Of a DNA stretch of 64,000 nt, positions 1 through 8,769 are shown one piece after another. Source of the stretch: Gemmatimonadota bacterium (GTDB lineage Bacteria > Gemmatimonadota > Gemmatimonadetes > Gemmatimonadales > GWC2-71-9). Below the pieces are notes generated by a model, which worked only from the letters and a program-made list of their open reading frames with translations, made no database searches and was not told the origin of the DNA. The position numbers and the translations under genes are program-made. The stretch is from positions 25,853 through 89,852 of the forward strand of contig QHUT01000068.1 in the NCBI GenBank assembly GCA_003222055.1, written 5' to 3'. Each line of letters starts with the position of its first letter. Positions within the stretch are counted from its first letter, which is position 1.

Positions 1-25
1 CAGCACGCCGCCCTGAGAGGGTTCA

Positions 26-53
26 CTGACCCCGGGCGCGAGCCCGGGGTGAC
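26..53 (+). repeat. REP-like GC-rich palindromic element, copy 1 (ACCCCGGGC-GCGA-GCCCGGGGT)
   Basis: Perfect 9-bp stem 29-37/42-50 with a 4-nt loop, just 3-prime of the channel gene stop (60-62). Near-identical copies lie at 1244-1270, 58166-58192 and 61185-61211. Confidence 0.8.
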
Positions 54-59
54 GGGGAG

Positions 60-1199
60 TCAGAAATGCTCTCCCTCACCGCCGGCATCCGGTCGACGGG
101 CGGGCAGCTGCACTACCCGGTCCCAGGCGCTCGTCTGCCAGTTGTCGGGGCGCTCGCGCTCGCGGATCCAGGGCGGCAGGGGGAGCGCGAGGTACCCGGA
201 CAGGGCCTCGACATAAGGCTCGTACATATGGCGCAGCTCGGTGAGCCGCTGCTCGAGGTCGGGGCGGCCTTTGAGCGCCAGGCCGCCGACCGCGAGCCGC
301 TCGCGCAGCCGCGCCAGCTGCGCCGATGGCAGCCGCTCGCCGGGGCTACGCGGCGGCGTGCTGAACACCTGCGCCAGATCCACCACGGCGTGACGCGCCA
401 TCGCGAATGTCAGCTCCGCCTGCCGCGTGCACCACCCCTCGAGCCCCACCATGATGAGCGCGCTCGCATCCAGGACGGTGGTGAGCGCGGCCAGCCACGA
501 CTCGTTGTAGTGCTGCGAGCGGAAGTATGCGAGGGGCGGATATGACAGGTGGCTCTCGAGCACATCCGCGGCCCAGTGCTCCCACTCGCGCAACAGCTCG
601 GCCAGCGCCGCGGTGCCGGGATCACTCCGGTGCCGCCACAACAGCTCCGATGCGCTGGGCGGGGAGCCGGCGCGGGCGTCGAGCAGCGAGATCGCCACCT
701 CGCGGCGCGAAAACGCCTGGTAGATGACCGGGAAGTAACCGATCACGGCCGCGAGGAACGCGAACCCGGTGCCCGCCTCCACGACCGTGAGGGTCTTCGC
801 AAGGGCGCTGCGCGGCACCACGTCACCGAGGCCGAGCGTAAAGAAGGTCGTGCCGCTCATGTACACGTCCGTCCAAAACCCGGTGCCGCCTTCGCCCGCC
901 ACCGTCATGGCCGACCCCGCGGCCCATTGCAGCAGCCCGAACGAGAAGACGCTGCCCACCGCCCACAGCGCGAGCAGTGCGATGAGCGAGAGCGGCCCGT
1001 AGAAGGACAGAAAGGCGTCACGGCGCCGGCCCGTGAGCAGCCGCGCGGTGGCGCGCCACGGCGCCCAGGTGTACCGGTAAAACATCTTCGTGAGACGGAT
1101 CCGCCCGCTCACCCGCCGGGGCAGGATGATGGTCTCGAACGCGTCCCACAGGACCACGGCGAGCAGCCCTACGCCCGCCACACCGCCGATCCAGCGCAT
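60..1199 (-). CDS. Two-TM potassium-channel-like protein (Ion_trans_2 type pore) with a large cytoplasmic C-terminal domain
   Basis: Pore-like motif TTFFTLGLGDVVP lies between hydrophobic helices. I chose the internal ATG at 1199 (MRWIGGVAGVGLLAVVLW) because the upstream 106 codons of ORF 60..1517 are Arg/Ala-rich and run into the divergent gene region. Confidence 0.7.
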   Translation of the reverse strand: MRWIGGVAGVGLLAVVLWDAFETIILPRRVSGRIRLTKMFYRYTWAPWRATARLLTGRRRDAFLSFYGPLSLIALLALWAVGSVFSFGLLQWAAGSAMTVAGEGGTGFWTDVYMSGTTFFTLGLGDVVPRSALAKTLTVVEAGTGFAFLAAVIGYFPVIYQAFSRREVAISLLDARAGSPPSASELLWRHRSDPGTAALAELLREWEHWAADVLESHLSYPPLAYFRSQHYNESWLAALTTVLDASALIMVGLEGWCTRQAELTFAMARHAVVDLAQVFSTPPRSPGERLPSAQLARLRERLAVGGLALKGRPDLEQRLTELRHMYEPYVEALSGYLALPLPPWIRERERPDNWQTSAWDRVVQLPARRPDAGGEGEHF

Positions 1200-1243
1200 C
1201 ACTGCCGCTCCTGGCCCCGAGACGCTTGACGAAACAGTCGGAC

Positions 1244-1270
1244 CGACCCCAGGCGCAAGCCCGGGGTAAC
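1244..1270 (+). repeat. REP-like palindromic element, copy 2 (one stem mismatch)
   Basis: ACCCCAGGC-GCAA-GCCCGGGGT, in the same orientation as copy 1. It sits in the divergent intergenic region between the channel gene and the next gene. Confidence 0.75.
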
Positions 1271-1308
1271 GGCTGGCGAGCCGTTCGCACCACCCGTAAA
1301 CTTGCTCG

Positions 1309-2385
1309 GTGAGCTTCGACCGGGTGAAGCGCAAGTGCGGCGCTGCGCTCACCGCCCTCGTGGGCGTGTGTGTCGCCACGGGTGCGTCGGCGAGCCAGGC
1401 GCCACCCGACTCCATCCCGGCGCGCGCCCCGGACCGCCTGTTCGAAGCGACGCAGCCGCTCGATCTCACCCTGAAAGCCGACTTCGGCGCCATCGGCAAA
1501 AACCGCGGCAACGACAAGCCGAACCACCCCGGCGTGCTGTCCTACGCCACCCCGGCGGGCGACACCGTGGCGCTGGACGTGCAGCTGCATACGCGCGGGC
1601 ACTTCCGGCTGGAGCGCTGCCAGTATCCGCCGCTCAAGATCGTCTTCAACCGCGAGCAGACGGCGCACACGCCCTTCGCCCACCAGGGGAGCCTCAAGCT
1701 CGCCGTGCAGTGTCGCGGCGGCCAGACGTACGCCAACTACACGCTGGAAGAGTATCTCATCTACCAGATCTACAACCTGCTCACCGATCGGAGCTTCCGG
1801 GCGCGCCTGACACGCGTCACCTACGTGGACGCAACCGGTAAACACGCACCCGAGACGCGGCGCGCCTTCTTCGTCGAGGACGACGACCGCATGGCCCGGC
1901 GCAACGACATGCAGGTATTCGCTCGGAAGGGCGTGTCCCAAGACGAGCTGAACTTCGATCAGACGGGCCTGGCGATGGTGTTCCAGTACATGATTGGCAA
2001 CACGGATTTCGCCGTGACGGCGCTACACAACATCGTGCTCATCCGCGATTCGTCCGGCGTCGTGTATCCCGTCCCCTACGACTTCGACTGGTCGGGCGTG
2101 ATTTGGACACCCTACGCCACACCCGACTCGCGACTCGAGATCCGCACCGTGCGTCAGCGGCTGTTTCGCGGTACGTGCCGCTCACCGCAGGAGCTCGCCC
2201 CGCTGTTCGCGCGGTTCAACGCCCGGAAGGACACGATCTACGCGCTGTACCGCGGGATGAGCGCCGAGGGACTCGAGGCCAAGCGGATCGAGCAAGCGCT
2301 CGATTACTACGACGAATTCTTCAAGACCATCAACGACCCGGGTCGCACGCGTCGCGAGTTCATGCTGGCGTGCCGGGGAGGCTGA
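1309..2385 (+). CDS. Secreted hypothetical protein, possibly a CotH-like kinase fold
   Basis: Signal-peptide-like N-terminus (KRKCGAALTALVGVCVATGASASQA). An alternative GTG start lies at 1324. The segment LHNIVLIRDSSGVVYPVPYDFDWSG resembles the CotH catalytic region as I remember it; this is not verified. Confidence 0.6.
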   Translation: MSFDRVKRKCGAALTALVGVCVATGASASQAPPDSIPARAPDRLFEATQPLDLTLKADFGAIGKNRGNDKPNHPGVLSYATPAGDTVALDVQLHTRGHFRLERCQYPPLKIVFNREQTAHTPFAHQGSLKLAVQCRGGQTYANYTLEEYLIYQIYNLLTDRSFRARLTRVTYVDATGKHAPETRRAFFVEDDDRMARRNDMQVFARKGVSQDELNFDQTGLAMVFQYMIGNTDFAVTALHNIVLIRDSSGVVYPVPYDFDWSGVIWTPYATPDSRLEIRTVRQRLFRGTCRSPQELAPLFARFNARKDTIYALYRGMSAEGLEAKRIEQALDYYDEFFKTINDPGRTRREFMLACRGG

Positions 2386-2390
2386 GCGAG

Positions 2391-5300
2391 GTGCCCTCCG
2401 TGCGCGAGCTGCGCTGGGACGTGCCGAGCGCCGCGCGCCTGGCCGAGCTCGTCGCCGCGCCATTGCCGCTCGGCCTCTCCGCCGGACAGCCACGGCGCAC
2501 GTTTCACCGCGACCTGTACTTCGATACGCCGGCGGGCGACCTGCGGCGGCGCGGCATCACCTGCGCCATGCGCTTCGATGTGGACGATCGCCGCACGCTC
2601 GCCCTCGACATGGGCGCGGTGCGATACGTTGCTCCGGCCGTCGAGATCGAGCCGCTCGAGGCATTCCGCGGCGACGCGGAGCCGGCGCGCCGGCTGCGGG
2701 CGCTGATCGACCCGGGGCGGCTGGTGCTCGTGTGCGAGCTCGAGGTCGAGCGTGAGCTGCGCGGCGCCCGTCTCCCCCTCGTGCCGCTGCCGCAGTTCGA
2801 GATCGCGTACGATACGGTGACGGTCCGCGGCACCGACCCGCCGCCCGTGTTCCGCGAGCTGGCAATTTCCCGGTGCGCCTGGTCGGTGATCCCAGTGGTG
2901 CGCTTTGGAGCAGCGCTCGAGCGGCGTTACGGCCTCACTCGCGCGCTGCTCGACCGGGTCGAACGCGCGCGGACGGTCCGTGTGGTGCTCGGGACGACGG
3001 ACGGCACGGCGCCCGGGGCCAGGCAGATCGCGGTGCTGGCGGTCGCGCACGGGCGCCTGGCGCTGTGGCGGAGCGGCGCCGCGCTCGAGCTGCCGCTCGA
3101 GCCGGGTGGCGGCGAGGAGGCGTGTCGCCGGGCGATGCGCCGCCTGTTCGGGAGCGTCGAAGGCGAGACCCGTCTGATCGGCGTGGTGCGCGCGGCGGAC
3201 CGGCGCCCCGCGGTCGAGGTGTGGCTGGTGCGGCGCCTGCGGCGCAACCTCACCGCGGCGCCACCCGGCGGTCTGCAATGGTTCACCCCCGCGGACGTCG
3301 TCTCACGAGTGGGCTCCCCCGTGTTACGAGATCCGACGACGCTTTCGGCGCTGGCGGTCGCCGCCCGCTCGGAGCTCGTGCCGGAGTGGTCCGCGGCGCC
3401 CCTGGAGCAGGCCGGGCCGACGGGCCCTGTCGCCGGCACGACCGACGAGAGCAGCCGGCTCACACTGAGCGAGTTGCGGGTGCCGGCGCTGCCGCTCCGG
3501 GCCCTCGACGCCGCGCGGCAGTCACCCGACCAGTTCGTCAACGCGCTGCTCTCCTCGCTCGAGTTCAACGTCCGAGTGCTCGAGTTGGCCGAGGATCCCC
3601 GCATCCCGCTGCTCGCCCGGCTGCGCTTCCTCGCGATCTTCAGCACGAACCTGGATCAGTTCTTCATGGTCGACGTGGGCTCGCTGCAGCACCAGGTGGC
3701 GGCCGGCGTCGTCGAGCGCTCGCCCGACGGCCTCACCCCAGCCGAGCAGCTCGACGCCATCGCGATCCGCCTGCATCCGCTCATCGGGCGGCAGTATCGC
3801 TGCTTTCAGGCGCTGGTGCAGGGCCCGCTCGCCGCGCAGGGCATCCGCTTCCGCGACTGGACCGAGCTCGATCCCGGCGAGCGCGCGGGTCTCGCACGCC
3901 GCTTCGCGGACGACGTGGCGTCGCTGCTAACCCCGAAGGCGCTCACCCGCGCCCCCGGCCACGCCTTTCCGCACTTCGCGGATCGCCGGGTGAGCCTGGC
4001 GGTCATGTTGCGGGACGGGCCGGACGGGCCGCCGCACTTCGCCACGGTCGAGCTGCCGCCCTCCCTGCCCCGGTTCCTGGCCGTGGGGGGCAACGGTGGA
4101 GGGGTGGTCGCGCTCGAGACGGTGGTGCGCGCCCATCTCGGGACGCTGTTCCCCGGTCGCGAGATCGTGGAGGCGCACGCCTTCCGCGTGACGCGCAGCG
4201 GGGACATTCAGCTGGACGAGCTCGGAGCGGCGAGCTTCGTGCAGGCGGTCGCCGAGGAGGTGCGGCGGCGGCCATGGGGTCCGGTGGTGCGCCTCGAGGT
4301 CGAGCGCGCCATGCCGCCGGCGCTGCGCGAGCTGCTGCAGCGCGAGCTGCGGTTCGAAGAGAGCGAGCTCGCGAGCGAGCTCGCTCCGTCGGACGTATAC
4401 GCGGCGGACGGGCCGCTGCACCTCGGTGCGCTCGCCGAGCTCGCCGCCGGTCACCCCCGCCCGGAGCTGGATTATCCTCCGCTCGCCGTCCGTGATCCGT
4501 TCCCGGCCGGGCGCACCGTGTTCGACGCGCTCGACTCGGGCGACGTCCTGGTGTACCACCCCCACGACGGTTTTGCCGCCAGCTTCGAGCGCTTCATCGC
4601 CGAGGCGGCGGAGGATCCGGCGGTGGCCGCGATCAAGCTCACGCTGTATCGGCCCGGCGGGCCGTCGCCGGTAGGGGACGCGCTGCGGCGCGCAGCCGCC
4701 CGCGGCAAGGACGTATCCGTGTTCGTCGAGCTCAAGGCGCGGTTCGACGAGGAGCTGAACATCGGCTGGGCACAGAGCCTGGAGGCGGCGGGGATCCACG
4801 TGATCACCGGCGTCGCGACGCTCAAGACCCACGCGAAGATCGCCCTGGTGATACGGCGGACAGACGGCCGCACGCGGCGCTATGCCCACGTGGGGAGCGG
4901 CAATTACAACCCCGACACCGCCAGGCTGTACACCGATCTGGGGCTGTTCACTGCGGACGACCGCATCACGGCGGATCTGCACGCGCTCTTCAACGAGCTC
5001 ACCGGGTCCTCGCGGGCGCCGCGTGCGACGTTCCGGCGGCTGCTCGTCGCACCGAGCAACATGCTCGACCGCTTCCTGGCCCTCATCGCGAGGGAGGCGG
5101 AACACGCGCGCGCCGGCCGCGGCGGGCGCATCCGCGCCAAGCTCAACGGCCTCTCCGATTGCAGTGTGATCGGCGCGCTGTACCGCGCGTCCCAGGCCGG
5201 CGTGGACGTACGTCTCGTGGTGCGGGGGGTGTGCATGCTGCGCCCGGGCGTGCCGGGGCTATCCGAGCGAATCAAAGTGGTGAGCGTGCTGGGTCGCTTC

Positions 5301-5567
5301 CTCGAGCACGCGCGCATCTACTATTTCGAAAACGGAGGAGCCCCGGAGTACTACATCGGCTCGGCCGACTGGCGGCCCCGCAACCTGCGGCGACGCATCG
5401 AGGCGGTCACGCCGGTGGACGACCCCGCCGCACGGGAGCGACTGGACGCCATCCTCGAGCGCGAGCTGGCCGACCCCGATGCCTGGAGCCTGGCATCCGA
5501 CGGCTCGTACGCGCGGCGTGTGAGCGTCACTCATCCCTCGCGTACCGCATCTCATGCGTCGGCGTGA
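2391..5567 (+). CDS. ppk1: Polyphosphate kinase 1 with a 376-aa N-terminal extension (CYTH-like plus degenerate Nudix-like region)
   Basis: PPK1 signatures are present: LEFNVRVLELAEDPRIPLLARLRFLAIFSTNLDQFFMV, LKTHAKIALV and GSGNYNPDTARLYTDLGLFT. GTG at 2391 is the first in-frame start after the upstream stop at 2385. The 2103-2390 part of the ORF overlaps the previous gene and is rejected. Confidence 0.9.
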   Translation: MPSVRELRWDVPSAARLAELVAAPLPLGLSAGQPRRTFHRDLYFDTPAGDLRRRGITCAMRFDVDDRRTLALDMGAVRYVAPAVEIEPLEAFRGDAEPARRLRALIDPGRLVLVCELEVERELRGARLPLVPLPQFEIAYDTVTVRGTDPPPVFRELAISRCAWSVIPVVRFGAALERRYGLTRALLDRVERARTVRVVLGTTDGTAPGARQIAVLAVAHGRLALWRSGAALELPLEPGGGEEACRRAMRRLFGSVEGETRLIGVVRAADRRPAVEVWLVRRLRRNLTAAPPGGLQWFTPADVVSRVGSPVLRDPTTLSALAVAARSELVPEWSAAPLEQAGPTGPVAGTTDESSRLTLSELRVPALPLRALDAARQSPDQFVNALLSSLEFNVRVLELAEDPRIPLLARLRFLAIFSTNLDQFFMVDVGSLQHQVAAGVVERSPDGLTPAEQLDAIAIRLHPLIGRQYRCFQALVQGPLAAQGIRFRDWTELDPGERAGLARRFADDVASLLTPKALTRAPGHAFPHFADRRVSLAVMLRDGPDGPPHFATVELPPSLPRFLAVGGNGGGVVALETVVRAHLGTLFPGREIVEAHAFRVTRSGDIQLDELGAASFVQAVAEEVRRRPWGPVVRLEVERAMPPALRELLQRELRFEESELASELAPSDVYAADGPLHLGALAELAAGHPRPELDYPPLAVRDPFPAGRTVFDALDSGDVLVYHPHDGFAASFERFIAEAAEDPAVAAIKLTLYRPGGPSPVGDALRRAAARGKDVSVFVELKARFDEELNIGWAQSLEAAGIHVITGVATLKTHAKIALVIRRTDGRTRRYAHVGSGNYNPDTARLYTDLGLFTADDRITADLHALFNELTGSSRAPRATFRRLLVAPSNMLDRFLALIAREAEHARAGRGGRIRAKLNGLSDCSVIGALYRASQAGVDVRLVVRGVCMLRPGVPGLSERIKVVSVLGRFLEHARIYYFENGGAPEYYIGSADWRPRNLRRRIEAVTPVDDPAARERLDAILERELADPDAWSLASDGSYARRVSVTHPSRTASHASA

Positions 5568-5574
5568 GGCCCCG

Positions 5575-5892
5575 TCACCGCTCGCGATGCTGTTCCAGCA
5601 GGTCCAGGGCACGCCGCAACCGCCTCAGTGCCGCCCCGAAATCCGGGTCGCCCGCGGTGTGCATCAGCGCGAGCACTTGGAGTGCGTTGCGCAGGTGCTC
5701 GGCGGGGGATTCGTCCGCGGGAAACCGGACGCTGCGCCCGCGCCGCTCGAGCGTACTGCGCCGCTCCGCGCCGCGCCGACGGTCCACCACGCGGCGGCGC
5801 TCGAGCGGGAACGTCGCCACCGCCCGTCGCCGGGCCGCGGAGCGTCGGTCCACGCCGTGTCGGCGATCCGCGAACAGGCGGGTGGGCGTCAC
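5575..5892 (-). CDS. Small Arg-rich protein with (D/E)RR repeats, translationally coupled to the histidine kinase
   Basis: The GTG at 5892 overlaps the kinase TGA (GTGA at 5889-5892). The repeats read ADRRHGVDRRSAARRR...LERRRVVDRRRGAERRSTLERRGRS and are followed by a helical tail. The triplet GC pattern is coding-like but cannot separate this frame from its antisense frame. Confidence 0.35.
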   Translation of the reverse strand: MTPTRLFADRRHGVDRRSAARRRAVATFPLERRRVVDRRRGAERRSTLERRGRSVRFPADESPAEHLRNALQVLALMHTAGDPDFGAALRRLRRALDLLEQHRER

Positions 5893-7697
5893 GCAGCCCC
5901 TAATTGTGGCGCGCGGGGAAGCTCGACCCAGAATTTGCTCCCGCTGCCGAGCGCCGACTCCACACCCACGCTCCCGCCCATGCGCTCCACGCCCTTGCGC
6001 ACGATGGCGAGGCCGATGCCGGTGCCGGGGTAATCGTCCGCGCGGTGCAGCCGCTCGAACACTCGAAAGATGCGCTCGTGGTGCTCCGCGGCGATGCCGA
6101 TCCCGTTGTCCTCGACCCACACGCGCACGCGCCCGCCATGCGGCTCCGCCCGGACCACCATCTCCGGCACGCGTCCCGCCGGTACGAACTTGATCGCGTT
6201 CGCGAGCAGGTTCACGAACACCTGGCCCAGGGTGGCCCCGTGGCCCACCACCGCGGGGAGGGGCTCCGCCACGGTGATCCGCGCCCCGCGGCCTCGCACC
6301 TCGCCATCGAGCTGCTCGAGCGACGAGCGCACCAGACGGCCGAGATCGATCGGCACGAGACGCAGCTCGGCCCGCGCGAGGCGACTGTACGCCAGCAGAT
6401 CGTCGATCAGGCGGTCCATCGTCCGGGCGGCGGTGATCACGCGCTCCGCATAGCGCCGCCCGGCCTCGTCGAGCCGGTCGCCGTAATCCTCCAGCAGCGC
6501 CAGGCTGAAGCCCTGCATCGCGCGCAGCGGGGCGCGCAGGTCGTGCGAAATCGAATAGGCGAATGCCTCGAGCTCCGCGTTCCGCTCCTCGAGCTCCCTG
6601 GTGCGGGCCTGCACGCGCTCCTCGAGACCGCGTTGCGACTCCCGCACGTGCGCTACCATGACGTCGAAGGTTCGAGCGAGCCGCCCCAGCTCGTCGCCCC
6701 GCGGCGGCCCTCCGACCGGCTGCGCGTAGTCGCCCGCCGCCACCGCGTCGGCGGCGTGTGTCAAACGGGCGAGCGGTCGGGTCAGGGTGCGGCTCGCCCC
6801 CCAGGCGGCGAGCAGGCCGAGCCCGAGAATCGCCGCGCCGATCAGGATCAGCCGGCCGAGGAACTGCCGCGCCGGAGCGAGGACGACGTCACGCGGAAAC
6901 TCCACCAGCAGTACCCACGGTGTCCGCGGAACGAGGCGCGCACTCGCGAGTACGGGCCCGGCTCCGGCACGCTCGTAGCGGAGCACGCCGCTCGCGTGGG
7001 TCACGTCGACGGGCGGTGGAGGCACGCGCCGGGCCAGGTCCGTCCACACGTCATCCGCCGCGTTGCCGATGAAGAAGTGCGCATCGGAGCCGATGAGACG
7101 GCTCAGGCGACTGTTCTGCTCGCGGGTGTCCGGCGACTGCGCGATGCGATGCCACTGGACCACGTAGCCGCGGACGCGCGACCCGGCGACGACGGGTGCC
7201 GCCACGGCGTACCCGAGGGAGTCCCCCACCGGAAAGAACTCGCCGACCGCGCCGGAATCGCTGCCGGCCGCGGCGGCGAGCACCGCGCGGGCGGCGGCCT
7301 CCTTGCTCCATGGATCCGCGTCGCCCACCGCCAGCAGCCGGCGCCGGTCCGCGCTCCAGAGCTCGGTGGCGGCGACCTGCTGGGCCTGCGGGCTGCGGAG
7401 CGCCGCCTGTGCGGCGGCGCGTCGGGAATCACCGGGCTCGAGGGCGTACGCGCGCACCGCCGGGCTGTCGGCCACGGTCCGGGCGGTGGTGAGGAGCTGG
7501 ACGCGGGAGGCCTTGAGCGTGCCTGCGAGCTGGTCGACGACCGTGCCGAGCCGGCTGGCGACCGCCGTCGCCGTGGAGCGACGTACCGTCTGATACGCCG
7601 CCCAGCCGTAGCTGAGCGTCACGGCAACCACCAGACCCGCGATGAGGAGCGGGAGCTTGACGGCGATGGACAGACCGCGCCGCACGATGCCGGCCAT
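5889..7697 (-). CDS. Sensor histidine kinase (periplasmic sensor, HAMP, HisKA, HATPase_c)
   Basis: H-box is EAFAYSISHDLRAPLRAMQGF. N/G boxes are NLLANAIKF and DNGIGI...GTGIGLAIV. The TM helix after MAGIVRRGLSIAVKLPLLIAGLVVAV fixes the ATG at 7697. No response regulator is adjacent. Confidence 0.9.
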   Translation of the reverse strand: MAGIVRRGLSIAVKLPLLIAGLVVAVTLSYGWAAYQTVRRSTATAVASRLGTVVDQLAGTLKASRVQLLTTARTVADSPAVRAYALEPGDSRRAAAQAALRSPQAQQVAATELWSADRRRLLAVGDADPWSKEAAARAVLAAAAGSDSGAVGEFFPVGDSLGYAVAAPVVAGSRVRGYVVQWHRIAQSPDTREQNSRLSRLIGSDAHFFIGNAADDVWTDLARRVPPPPVDVTHASGVLRYERAGAGPVLASARLVPRTPWVLLVEFPRDVVLAPARQFLGRLILIGAAILGLGLLAAWGASRTLTRPLARLTHAADAVAAGDYAQPVGGPPRGDELGRLARTFDVMVAHVRESQRGLEERVQARTRELEERNAELEAFAYSISHDLRAPLRAMQGFSLALLEDYGDRLDEAGRRYAERVITAARTMDRLIDDLLAYSRLARAELRLVPIDLGRLVRSSLEQLDGEVRGRGARITVAEPLPAVVGHGATLGQVFVNLLANAIKFVPAGRVPEMVVRAEPHGGRVRVWVEDNGIGIAAEHHERIFRVFERLHRADDYPGTGIGLAIVRKGVERMGGSVGVESALGSGSKFWVELPRAPQLGAA

Positions 7698-7770
7698 GAG
7701 TGCCTCCGGGCCCCAAGGTAGGGGGGCGTCGGCCGGGCGCGCCAGATCCCTCGCTAGATTCCCCACACCC

Positions 7771-8769
7771 ATGCCACCGATCGTCACGGCCGAGCGGCTG
7801 AGCAAGACGTTCCGCGTCAAAGTGCGCGACCCGGGCTTGAAGGGCGCGCTCGCGGCGCTGGTGCGGCCCCGCTATCGCGACGTCCATGCGGTGCGCGACG
7901 TGACGTTCCGGATCGAGCCGGGGGAGATCGTGGCGTTCCTCGGGCCCAACGGCGCCGGCAAGACGACCACCCTCAAGATGCTGACCGGGCTGCTGTACCC
8001 GACGACCGGCCGGGTCGAGGTGGCGGGGGTCGTGCCCTGGACCGGCGGGCGCGACTTCAAGCGCCGCATCGCCCTGGTGCTCGGCAACCGGCAGCAGCTC
8101 GTGTGGGACCTGCCGCCCGAAGAGACCTTTCTCTTGAACCGCGCCATTTACGACATCGCGGAGGCGGCGTACGGGGAGCGGCTCGCGGAGCTGGTCGACC
8201 TGCTCGAGCTCCGCGACGTACTGGAGAAGCCGGTGCGCCAGCTGTCGCTGGGCGAGCGCATGAAGTGCGAGCTCGCCGCCGCGCTGCTGCATCGCCCGCC
8301 GCTCTTGTTCCTCGATGAGCCCACGCTGGGCCTCGACGTCACCGCCCAGGAGGCGATCCGCGGCTTCCTGACGCAGTATCGGGAACGGCACGGCGCCACG
8401 GTGCTGCTCACGTCCCACTATATGCAGGACGTGACGGCGCTCGCGTCGCGGGTCCTCATCATCAACCGCGGGCACCTCCTGTACGATGGCGCCCTCGACG
8501 CCCTGGTGGCGCGGATCGCGCGCATCAAGCGGATCGAGCTGGTGCTCGGCCCCGGCGACGGTGTCACCGCCGAGACGCTCGCCGCGTTCGGGACCGTCAA
8601 GAGCTTCCATTTTCCCAACGCGGTGCTCGAAGTACGGCGCGACGAGGCGGCCGCGACCAGCGCCCGGCTCCTGGCCGCGCTTCCCGTGGCCGACCTGTCG
8701 ATCGAGGATCCGCCCATCGAGGATGTGATCCGCCAGGCGTTTGCCCAGGGGTTGGGGGCGGACCGATGA
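7771..8769 (+). CDS. ABC transporter ATP-binding protein (ABC-2 type, uncharacterised substrate)
   Basis: Walker A is GPNGAGKTT, the signature is LSLGERMK and Walker B is LLFLDEPT. ATG at 7771 (MPPIVTAERLSKTF). Confidence 0.9.
   Translation: MPPIVTAERLSKTFRVKVRDPGLKGALAALVRPRYRDVHAVRDVTFRIEPGEIVAFLGPNGAGKTTTLKMLTGLLYPTTGRVEVAGVVPWTGGRDFKRRIALVLGNRQQLVWDLPPEETFLLNRAIYDIAEAAYGERLAELVDLLELRDVLEKPVRQLSLGERMKCELAAALLHRPPLLFLDEPTLGLDVTAQEAIRGFLTQYRERHGATVLLTSHYMQDVTALASRVLIINRGHLLYDGALDALVARIARIKRIELVLGPGDGVTAETLAAFGTVKSFHFPNAVLEVRRDEAAATSARLLAALPVADLSIEDPPIEDVIRQAFAQGLGADR

Noticed and set aside
2103-2390. The upstream part of the 1154-aa ppk ORF.
   Set aside because: It overlaps the 3-prime end of the preceding secreted-protein gene (1309-2385) in another frame. 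The first in-frame start after that gene's stop is GTG 2391.
5554-6033. A plus-strand 159-aa ORF between ppk1 and the histidine kinase.
   Set aside because: It overlaps the 3-prime ends of both flanking genes and has no start context. It shares triplet phase with the more plausibly placed minus-strand small ORF.
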